In this document: piece after piece, positions 53,672 to 61,522 of the stretch
Numbering within the stretch: position 1 is the stretch's first letter
How the letters are laid out: every line of letters starts with the position of its first letter
Source of the DNA: Candidatus Poribacteria bacterium
GTDB taxonomy: Bacteria > Poribacteria > WGA-4E > WGA-3G
Direction of reading: 5' to 3'
DNA length: 64,000 nt
NCBI GenBank assembly: GCA_965214095.1
Contig: OZ243938.1
Span: forward strand, 2,848,001-2,912,000
Position numbers and translations under genes: made by a program
Notes under the pieces: generated by a model
Seen by the model: only the letters and a program-made list of their open reading frames with translations
Database searches by the model: none
What the model was told of the DNA's origin: nothing

Positions 53672-54382
53672 TCAACGTCTGGGGAACCGCCATAATGAAA
53701 TACGGATATTTGCACCTGTACACTTTGTAGTTTTGAATGTATCCTCAGAGGTAGGTGTATTGTATGAATCCAGGACATAATTGATACCCGTGGCATCATC
53801 AATCCGTTTCGCAATTTTTCTCACTTCTGAGATAGGTATATTGGCTTCGGTAGATTTCTCTAATCTAAATCCACGATGAAACAATTTTACCTTGATGTTT
53901 TTCTCATTTAATTTTGTCTCAAAGTAATTCGTTACTTTTTTAAGTGCTTCAAGTAGTCCCTCAGTGTCCTGTTTTTTCTCTAATCTAAATCCACCGTGTA
54001 GAATTTTAACTGGATAACGCGTTGTGTCATTCTTATCCAATGAAACTAATCGAAAACCTTGATTAGTATTGCAGATAGGTAATTTCTGTTCTGCTATGAT
54101 GGATTCAATAAGTGCTTCTACCTTAAATGAATCCAACAATTCAATCGTAACTGCGTCAGGATCGGTTTTGGAATAGAATTCCATGATATCTTCTCTACCC
54201 GGATGACGCGTGTAAAACTTTCCGTCTTTGTTCCATTGATGGATTACATCTTTGATGCGACCTTCTGTCGTATTATCAGATGTAGAGGGATTTTGAGATG
54301 GAACTATATCAATTAATTCCATCGGAATCCCTTCCTGAACAATTAAGGTCTTTAGCAATTCCTTGACATCATTCGGTGTCAT
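53672..54382 (-). CDS. Uncharacterised repeat protein, paralog 1 (most divergent)
   Basis: MTPNDVKELL, IIAEQKLP, three GFRL motifs, ISEVRKIAKRI. Confidence 0.78.
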   Translation of the reverse strand: MTPNDVKELLKTLIVQEGIPMELIDIVPSQNPSTSDNTTEGRIKDVIHQWNKDGKFYTRHPGREDIMEFYSKTDPDAVTIELLDSFKVEALIESIIAEQKLPICNTNQGFRLVSLDKNDTTRYPVKILHGGFRLEKKQDTEGLLEALKKVTNYFETKLNEKNIKVKLFHRGFRLEKSTEANIPISEVRKIAKRIDDATGINYVLDSYNTPTSEDTFKTTKCTGANIRISLWRFPRR

Positions 54383-54400
54383 GTGCGTGCTCCTTTTAGA

Positions 54401-54432
54401 GTAAGAATGTAATTCGATTGAAAAGGTTACAT
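54401..54432 (-). promoter_or_regulatory. Putative ECF sigma promoter (copy B)
   Basis: ATGTAACCTTT-N10-TACATTCTTAC, directly upstream of the RBS of paralog 1. Confidence 0.75.
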
Positions 54433-54439
54433 CATAATC

Positions 54440-55054
54440 TCATTTTGTTTTCTGCGTTGCCTCTTTCCTAAAAATATTATCAAAATCACCGGGATATTCT
54501 TCCTTCATCCAAGCGACAACTTTTTTCTTGGCACGATGCAAGCGAACTTTCGTTGCCGACACTGTTATTTCCAGCTTTTTTGCTATTTCTTCCAAAGTCA
54601 TTTTGGGATTGGCGAGTTTCAATTCAAACACATCCTGTTCGGAAATTGGTAGTCGTTGTGACAGGGCATAGACAATCTCCATCTGTTCTTTTGCGATGAG
54701 GCGATAGATTGGTGAACGATGCTCAAGGTCTACCAAATATGCTTCTGGATTTCCTTCAATTGAACCGATTTCAAGTTTTCTCTGCTCTTTACGGAAGTGT
54801 GCTGCAATGAGTTGATGCGCGATGCTATACAACCAACTGGAAAAACTTTTGGGATTCCGAAGTGTGCTGAGATTCTGATGCACCTTAATAAATGTCTCTT
54901 GTACAAGGTCTTGCGCGGTTTCCCAATTGCCAACCCGTCTATAGAAGAAACTGAGAAGTGGACCTTCGTAACGGTGATAAAGGATTTCAAATGCTCCATC
55001 ATCATCAACGTCTAAATTTTGATGTACCAATTCTTCATCGTGGTAATCTTCCAT
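54440..55054 (-). CDS. ECF (sigma-70 group 4) RNA polymerase sigma factor
   Basis: AFEILYHRY, AQDLVQETF, FSSWLYSIA (region 2) and EEIAKKLEITVSATKVRLHRA (region 4). Confidence 0.93.
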   Translation of the reverse strand: MEDYHDEELVHQNLDVDDDGAFEILYHRYEGPLLSFFYRRVGNWETAQDLVQETFIKVHQNLSTLRNPKSFSSWLYSIAHQLIAAHFRKEQRKLEIGSIEGNPEAYLVDLEHRSPIYRLIAKEQMEIVYALSQRLPISEQDVFELKLANPKMTLEEIAKKLEITVSATKVRLHRAKKKVVAWMKEEYPGDFDNIFRKEATQKTK

Positions 55055-55088
55055 AACATCACACCTATTGGGCTGTTAATCTAAAAAT

Positions 55089-55148
55089 CGGGAATCGGAG
55101 TTCCCACCTGCAATACACAAGAGTCTGTAGGAGCGATCTCCGAATCGC
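55089..55148. repeat. REP-like hairpins (GAATCGGAG family)
   Basis: GGGAATCGGAGTTCCC and GTAGGAGCGATCTCCGAATCGC. Relatives at 27128-27192 and 63530-63597. Confidence 0.65.
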
Positions 55149-55161
55149 AACCTACTACTGT

Positions 55162-55264
55162 TGTAGTGAATTATAAATATAAGTTGACACTTTCGCCCCA
55201 CGGTAGGCGAGGTTTCCTAACCTCGCCGATGCAGAGTGTTCAAGTAATTTCAAAATCTACTATA
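55162..55264. mobile_element. MITE type A (copy 3)
   Basis: Near-identical to 41484-41586. Confidence 0.8.
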
Positions 55265-55308
55265 ATGAGACACATGCTTATTGTAAAGTTAGCAAAATGA
55301 TTTTATAT

Positions 55309-55340
55309 GTAAGAATGTATATCGGATAGAAAGGTTACAT
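55309..55340 (-). promoter_or_regulatory. Putative ECF sigma autoregulatory promoter (copy A)
   Basis: ATGTAACCTTT-N10-TACATTCTTAC, with arms and spacing identical to copy B. Confidence 0.75.
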
Positions 55341-55455
55341 ATTTGCGATAAATTTTAACAGAGTTCAGACAAAAATCCGCTATTCAGAAAATATCTTGCA
55401 TTTTCAAACAAAATAGGATATATTAAACAACAGAAACACAAATCGGAAAACACGA

Positions 55456-55723
55456 ATGAAAGCAGTTTTTAAAATCATAATTATCCTACTCTCCCCTGCC
55501 TTGCCCACGCAGGTGTCGTCAAAACAATCTACTTCTATCCCAAAGACAGAACACCGCAGGCAGACATAAACGACACATTAGACTCCTATATGAAAACCGC
55601 CCAAGCCTTCTTCGCCACAGTGCAGGAAACCCACGGATACAATAGGAAAACCTTCACATTAGAAACGGGAGTAGACGGCAAAGTCTCTGTCACTCACTTT
55701 GAAGGCGCGTTTGACCTCGCTTG
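55456..55723 (+). pseudogene. Frameshifted, truncated secreted-protein gene
   Basis: Signal peptide MKAVFKIIIILL, then a shifted frame reading IYFYPKDRTPQADINDTLD...HGYNRKTFTLET and an early stop. Confidence 0.6.
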
Positions 55724-55848
55724 AAATCACAGACACAACTTTTCCAATCTCCATTTTGATGAGTTTGAGCAGAACCAACATAGGAATATGCTGATCGGAT
55801 TTGCGGGGTTTTCCTTGAAGTTGAGCAATCCTGAGGGTTTCTTAGTGG

Positions 55849-56481
55849 ATGTCATCGGAAATCTGGATGGTGACCCCAGCACAAAGGATGAACCCGCTTG
55901 GCAGATGCCCAGTTGGCACTGCGACGAACAGTGCGCGCACTTCGTTGATGCGGCGTTATGCGACTGAGACGCTCCTGCCGTTGGATGGCACTGACCTCAA
56001 CAGTTGGAGACGCACTGCCGATTTTCCGTTAGCGGTTAGAACATACTGGGGCAGCGCAACCGACATCGGCAATCCCGGCTATAGAGGCAGCGGCACCTTA
56101 CCCGTCACCCTCTCCACCTTCCGTGCCGATCTCACCCACAAAGGCGCGATACTGTCGTGGACAACGGAATCGGAGATTGACAACGCAGGGTTCCATATCC
56201 TCCGCAGTGAGACGCGAGACGGCGTATTCAAAGTCATTACATCCAAGTTGATTCAAGGTGCAGGCACTACCGCTAAACGCAGCAGTTACACGTGGACAGA
56301 CACCACTATCCGTCCCAACACGCGGTATTATTATCGGATAGAGGATGTGTCATTTGCAGGTATTCGGCAAGTATCTGGGAGTGTTAGGTTGCGGGGTTTT
56401 GTCAGTCCGAGTGAAGGGATCTCACCTCATGGGCAGCAATTAAACAGCGGTAAGTCTCCGCTTGATTTCACCTCTTCATAG
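55849..56481 (+). pseudogene. 3' fragment of a large secreted protein (LPVTLS..F / WTTESExDNAGF module), frameshifted
   Basis: Lacks the N-terminus. The terminal motif appears in an alternative frame as DLTSWAAIKQR*. Confidence 0.65.
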
Positions 56482-56592
56482 TAGTAGGCACGCTCCGCGT
56501 GCCGTTCTTACATTGTGCCGTTCTTACATTCAGCTCCAGCGGGGCAGCATGCGCGTGTAACATGCTGCATGAGGTGTATCAAATACACAACT

Positions 56593-57519
56593 TTACCGCA
56601 TCTTACCATCCTTAAACCGTGCAATAGCCCCGCGTTCAGCAAGTTCTGCTTTCGCATAATGTGCCGGCATCTGAGACGACTTCCACCGACCCGCCACCTG
56701 CATATCAACAACAGTCGCACCCGCAGAAGCAAGCGACATCGCAGAACCCACACGTAACGAATGCCCAGAAATAAACCCTTCAACGCCTGCATTTAATGCC
56801 CGTTTTTGAATGATACGTCGCGCAGAATGATCGTGCAACCTATTTTGCTGAATATGTCCACCACGGCGAATCTGCCTGAACAACGCACCGCTCTCAACAC
56901 CGCGCCCCTCAAGATATTTTGCCAGAATGATCCGTGTTCTATCACACACATACAGACTATCGCCGCGCCCCTCTTGGTCAGACTTTGATGTGTGAACTGT
57001 CAACGTCCTATCCCCCAAGTCTTCAACATCCACCGCCACCACCTCACTGATACGCAACAGGCAATCGCTCATCAGACGTATCATCCCAGAGTCTCGCAAG
57101 CCGGCAAGCGTGCCATCGGTTTCAGCCTGAATACAGACGCGTTCCACATCTTGCCAAATCAGACCATCCACCTGTCCGCGTCCCCTTGCTTTACCATCGC
57201 GTCGGATACCCGCCAAAGTTGCGTTTGTGATCGGCATCGCAAAATCCCCACCGACCTCGTGTTTCAACTGCCATTTCACTGCAGCTACCACCTGCGAAAT
57301 CGTTGATGGAGATTTCCCATTTTCGTGCAGTTCAGTCAGATACGCAGCCAGCAAACCATCGGACAACGTCTCACCTGCGGGTTTCCAATTTTCAATCGCT
57401 TGCAGTGCACGTTGATATGCCTTCTTCGTATTATCCGCAATACTGGAATGTATCAGATTTTTGATTTTCGGTCGTATTTCATCGATGGATGATTGTCGTT
57501 TCTCAAGAGCTGTTTCCAT
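56593..57519 (-). CDS. Tyrosine recombinase/integrase (Cre-like)
   Basis: RDSGMI...LRISE, SKSDQEG, SGHSLRVG, GRWKS..MPAHY catalytic residues. Confidence 0.92.
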   Translation of the reverse strand: METALEKRQSSIDEIRPKIKNLIHSSIADNTKKAYQRALQAIENWKPAGETLSDGLLAAYLTELHENGKSPSTISQVVAAVKWQLKHEVGGDFAMPITNATLAGIRRDGKARGRGQVDGLIWQDVERVCIQAETDGTLAGLRDSGMIRLMSDCLLRISEVVAVDVEDLGDRTLTVHTSKSDQEGRGDSLYVCDRTRIILAKYLEGRGVESGALFRQIRRGGHIQQNRLHDHSARRIIQKRALNAGVEGFISGHSLRVGSAMSLASAGATVVDMQVAGRWKSSQMPAHYAKAELAERGAIARFKDGKMR

Positions 57520-57574
57520 TTAAATCACCAAAGAATAAACGTCAACTTGTGAATAGGAACTTTGGAGAGCCAAA

Positions 57575-57622
57575 CTCATAATCCTGTCCATCTACCAATC
57601 CTGAAAATCCTGGTTCAGACAA
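57575..57622 (-). repeat. Dispersed GTCTGAACCAGGATT repeat (copy 5, inverted)
   Basis: CATAATCCTGTCCATCTACCAATCCTGAAAATCCTGGTTCAGACAA. Confidence 0.85.
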
Positions 57623-57626
57623 CCCG

Positions 57627-57914
57627 TCACGCAATGGGTGGCTTGCCCCTACGTTCAAACAATTCATTCAACGCATCTCCAAGGATCTCCTGAAGGTTCT
57701 TGTCCTCCTCCGCAGCAATCACGCGTAACTGCCGATGTACCTCTGGCGAAAAATATCCTGAGATATTCTTCTTCCCACGCCGTGAAGGTGCAACATTCTC
57801 CTTATGTTTCGTATCGTTAGACACAGACTCTATCGTTGTTGCAGAATCTGCAACCTGCTGTTGAACCTCATTATCCTTGATAACATCCGCCGGATTCACC
57901 TTCTTTTTAGACAT
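57627..57914 (-). CDS. Ribbon-helix-helix protein (type Ib partition ParB/ParG-like)
   Basis: PSRRGKKNISGYFSPEVHRQLRVIAAEEDKNLQEILGDALNELF; follows a parA remnant. Confidence 0.8.
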   Translation of the reverse strand: MSKKKVNPADVIKDNEVQQQVADSATTIESVSNDTKHKENVAPSRRGKKNISGYFSPEVHRQLRVIAAEEDKNLQEILGDALNELFERRGKPPIA

Positions 57915-57966
57915 AATGTCCTCCTAAATCATCAAAAAGAAGGGTGCGGCATAACACCGCACCGCC

Positions 57967-58128
57967 TCATCTAACCAACCTACAACCCCATTTCGCGGCA
58001 CTTGACTGCGGGTCAAGGTCAAGCAAAACGGTCAAATGTCCTGCCGTCTCCGCTGCAACAGCGAGGTTCGTCGCAAGCGTTGTTTTCCCTGTTCCCCCTT
58101 TACGTGACAATATCGCAAGCGTCTTCAT
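57967..58128 (-). pseudogene. parA: Truncated ParA ATPase (first ~48 codons)
   Basis: MKTLAILSRKGGTGKTTLATNLAVAA...LLDLDPQSSAAKW then stop. RBS AAGGAG. Confidence 0.85.
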
Positions 58129-58176
58129 CAGTTCTCCTTATGTGTGGACATGTGAGCCGCGCTTAAATGTAACTAA

Positions 58177-58227
58177 CGCTTGCATGAAAGGAGTAGTTAC
58201 ATGAAAGATATGCTTACATGAAAGCAA
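58177..58227. repeat. Three 17-bp-period direct repeats (CATGAAAG core), putative parS/operator
   Basis: CATGAAAG at 58183, 58200 and 58217, upstream of parA. Confidence 0.65.
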
Positions 58228-58284
58228 CCTGTCAGATTCAGCCAATTCCCACGATAGGCAACACTTCCACAATAGGAAATCGCG

Positions 58285-59058
58285 CTATTTCATAAAACGC
58301 CATTTTAGGTTCGCCCAAGTCGTTGCCAACTTATCGCGCGGGGTTACAGAAAGCACTTTTTCAACCCCGATCTCCATCAACTCCTGTATTTCTTTTTGAG
58401 TACGTTCGATGTTAGAAATCCGCACATCATCCAATATACCATCAAGATATGGATTCGCACCGCGACCCAACCATACTACATTATCATTTGGGGCAATTTC
58501 CCCACCTATCTCCTTTTCGTTATCCAACTTACCATCAATATAAAGCTTACCGACACCAGTCTCCGAATCGTAAGTACCGGCAATATGTACCCATTTAGAA
58601 ATCGGTAAATCTACGTCACTCAAAACAGCCGCTCCCCCATTCGCTCTGGTGACTCTGAGTTCTGCTTTCCGATTGTCGCGGGGTCCTACTTTGTATGTTG
58701 ACCCTTTCGTGACACCAGTACCCCCGGAAACTGATTCTGCTCTCAAAAATAACCACATTTCCACGGTTACAGCTTCAACCAAATCAAGGGAGACATCGTC
58801 AGCGATTTCCACAAAATCTTCCTGTGCCTCACCACCGAAATCCAGACCACGACGAAATTTACCATTACGCCACTCAGCACCCATGATTTTGCCATCGTTT
58901 CCATTACCAGAAAGGTCTTTCACCACATCGCCATCAATGGATTCAAATGTATACAGAAGCACAGTGTGTCTATCTTGAGCAAAGGTTGGTTGGCTGATAA
59001 TACAGAAAAACAGTATCACTAGTATCAACCAATTTTTTATATCTATTAAGTTATACAT
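58285..59058 (-). CDS. Secreted LamG domain protein with C-terminal TTWxxLK motif
   Basis: DLSGNGNDG, WVHIAGTYD, GILDDVRIS. Ends KLATTWANLKWRFMK. Confidence 0.88.
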   Translation of the reverse strand: MYNLIDIKNWLILVILFFCIISQPTFAQDRHTVLLYTFESIDGDVVKDLSGNGNDGKIMGAEWRNGKFRRGLDFGGEAQEDFVEIADDVSLDLVEAVTVEMWLFLRAESVSGGTGVTKGSTYKVGPRDNRKAELRVTRANGGAAVLSDVDLPISKWVHIAGTYDSETGVGKLYIDGKLDNEKEIGGEIAPNDNVVWLGRGANPYLDGILDDVRISNIERTQKEIQELMEIGVEKVLSVTPRDKLATTWANLKWRFMK

Positions 59059-59214
59059 GGATAGTCTCCTTGTAGAACAATATGCTCTTGTTTGGTTCTG
59101 CAGTCTGCAGACAATTCCATCTTACAAAAGCTAATTCTGAATTTTATTAAAATGATACTCTTTCATAAGTTAACATTAAGTCACACTTTTATCAAGTAAA
59201 TACATGTGAATAAA

Positions 59215-59236
59215 GTGTGTAAAGTTCTTGCACCAT
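59215..59236. promoter_or_regulatory. Putative operator (copy 2)
   Basis: GTGTGTAAAGTTCTTGCACCAT, upstream of TTGATA-N17-TAACTT (59195-59167, minus strand). Confidence 0.5.
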
Positions 59237-60220
59237 CAACAATAGTTTATCAGGTGATAAATGTCGTTTATACTATTATTTATTGGTGTAGCGGTCAGTA
59301 GATAGAGTGCTTTTTCTTTGGCAATATCCATCAATAACTTACCACGGTTGGAGCTTGCATTCCGAAAATGGTGTGCTTCATCTATGAGAATTACATCTAC
59401 CCGTTCCTGAAAATGCTCAAGATCATCTTCACTGATACCTCCCTTACGACCAAAGTCTGTATGCAGTTTATGATCGTAGTGATCTCTAAGCAAACGTCTA
59501 TATTTTGACTTTTTGGTATTGTGAGAGTGTTTGGTAAATTACGGATTCGTTTTCTTCCCAATCGTCAGCAGGTTTTTCGCGTCCTTCAAAATATGCGTGA
59601 AGTGCTTTTGCATAGATAGTAAAAGGCGGATGTTTTTTGAGGTGTCGTTCAATAGTGCGTAGCAGCTCTGCTTTAACTTCGGTTCCTTCCTCCCAACGTT
59701 CCTCGTACCATTTACGAAGTTTTCCAATATGTGTGTCATCGGTAATGAAAGTGTTTAATTCGACGTTTTAGGTAAGACCAGGTGTAGTAAAGTTTGAACT
59801 ACCGACGGTAGAAAAATTGACAGGACTTGAAGGTTCGGCTTGCATCAAATTGAGTTTTGCATGGAATTTTGCATTGTCATATATGCGAATCAGGATTCTT
59901 CCACGTCGAATTGCAGTGCGAACATCCGCAAGTCCTTGTAGGGTATCATCCTTTTCTTTTACGGATTCTAAGTTTTCCTCGGTAACTTTTTGCAATGCTT
60001 CAATAAGATGTTCCTTTGTCCGCCTTGACGTTTCGTCTCCCATAATGATTAGAATCCCGTCAAGGTGTTGCCACGTTTTTCCGAGTGATAAGAACGCACC
60101 GATTTCAAATGTACCTGTCGCTATATCTAAGTTGACACTTTTCAATATAAGGGTTTCAAGGACTTTTAGGAGTGTATTATCATTTACATTATCAATTATT
60201 GTTGGTATCTGCATGCACAT
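59236..60220 (-). pseudogene. Degraded PLD-domain + SNF2-type DEAH helicase (restriction/defence type)
   Basis: FHAK and GSSNFT PLD motifs. In-frame TAA at 59768-59770, then NVELN.... An internal deletion precedes ILIDEAHHFRN and LLTATPINN. 3' truncated. Confidence 0.82.
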
Positions 60221-60277
60221 CTCACTTTTTGTATAGTTTATTTAGTAAATCATACAAAATGAAATTTGTTAAGCAAT

Positions 60278-61480
60278 TTATTGGGTGTGTATGTAAGCAT
60301 CCAACAAACCCGTATCAATATCCACACCGAAACCAGGAGCATCCTTGACTGTGAAAAACCCATCACGAGGAGAAGGACGTAAAAGACGATACAACTCGTT
60401 TTCAACATCATTACGGGAGGGACCAAATGTCTCCGCCATACACGGCATCGGTAGGCATGCCGTGAGATGCAACCCCCACGGTGTGCCTGCTTGATGCAGC
60501 CACGTCGGTATGTGCTGATCGGCAGCTTCGCGGGCAATACGCAAGCATTCTGTAAATCCACCTGCCCAACTCACATCCGGTTGAATCATGTCGGCTGCAT
60601 TCCATCGTAGCAGTTCACGGAAGCCGTACCGTGTGAATTCATGTTCACCAGAGACAATCCATGTCGGATCAATTTCTTTCACTAACTGTGCCATACCAGC
60701 ATAATCGTCAAGCGGTATCGGTTCCTCAATCCATTTGAGATTGAGATCAGCGGTTTCGTTAGCGAAACGGAGGGTGTAGTCTACATCCCAACGGAGATAG
60801 ATGTCTGTCATGAGTTCTACATTGGAACCGATGACATGACGTGCTGTGTGTATCATCTCAAGATTTTGATGGAAACCATCTTCGCCTTCAGCGAGACCGT
60901 TTCTCAGTGGGAGTTTGCAGGCAGTGAACCCGTTCTCAGCATAATAGCCAATATCTGCGCCTGTTGCATACGCAGGTATTTGAAGCAGCGGTGTATCTGT
61001 GAAAAGACTAAAAACAGGTGCATCTAATATCTTTCCACATAGGTCTACGAGGGCAAGTTCTATCCCGCTTAATGCATAGATGACGAGTCCGCGCCGTCCA
61101 TAAATTGAGGTGACGTGATATAGGTGTTCCCAAATATCCTCTACATCAAATGGGTCGCGTCCGAGCACAAAGTGTTGCAGATGTTTGTCAATAATCATTG
61201 CCCCTGCAAGTCCTCCGCCACCAAGACCGTATCCTTTGAGACCTTTATCAGTTGTAATCTCTACGATGAGCGCGCCTGCTTGTGCTGCAAAAGGTCCACG
61301 CCAATCTACATGGGCATTCTTGGGAGTTGTTTGTCTCGGTATTTCACCTTTGGCAAAGCCGAGAGTCGGCATAGCACGCGGGTTTAGGTTGACGTTCCAA
61401 GTGCGGATACCTGCTACTACGTGCTGTGTTGTAGCACGTGTTTTCCATTCTGTGCTAAGAGTGTTTTCGTTGTTCTGCAT
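60278..61480 (-). CDS. Mandelate racemase/enolase-superfamily acid-sugar dehydratase (rhamnonate dehydratase-like)
   Basis: YGRRGL..ALSGIELALVDL, LMTD, WIEEP, GEHEFTRYGF, QPDVSWAGG and PGFGVD motifs. Confidence 0.88.
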   Translation of the reverse strand: MQNNENTLSTEWKTRATTQHVVAGIRTWNVNLNPRAMPTLGFAKGEIPRQTTPKNAHVDWRGPFAAQAGALIVEITTDKGLKGYGLGGGGLAGAMIIDKHLQHFVLGRDPFDVEDIWEHLYHVTSIYGRRGLVIYALSGIELALVDLCGKILDAPVFSLFTDTPLLQIPAYATGADIGYYAENGFTACKLPLRNGLAEGEDGFHQNLEMIHTARHVIGSNVELMTDIYLRWDVDYTLRFANETADLNLKWIEEPIPLDDYAGMAQLVKEIDPTWIVSGEHEFTRYGFRELLRWNAADMIQPDVSWAGGFTECLRIAREAADQHIPTWLHQAGTPWGLHLTACLPMPCMAETFGPSRNDVENELYRLLRPSPRDGFFTVKDAPGFGVDIDTGLLDAYIHTQ

Positions 61481-61522
61481 AATTTTTCCCTATAGCTCGT
61501 ATATAGTGGTTAATCTCGAAAA

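Noticed and set aside
59768-59770. Stop-codon recoding in the helicase gene
   Set aside because: TAA terminates normal genes here, and the gene carries additional deletions, so it is a pseudogene.
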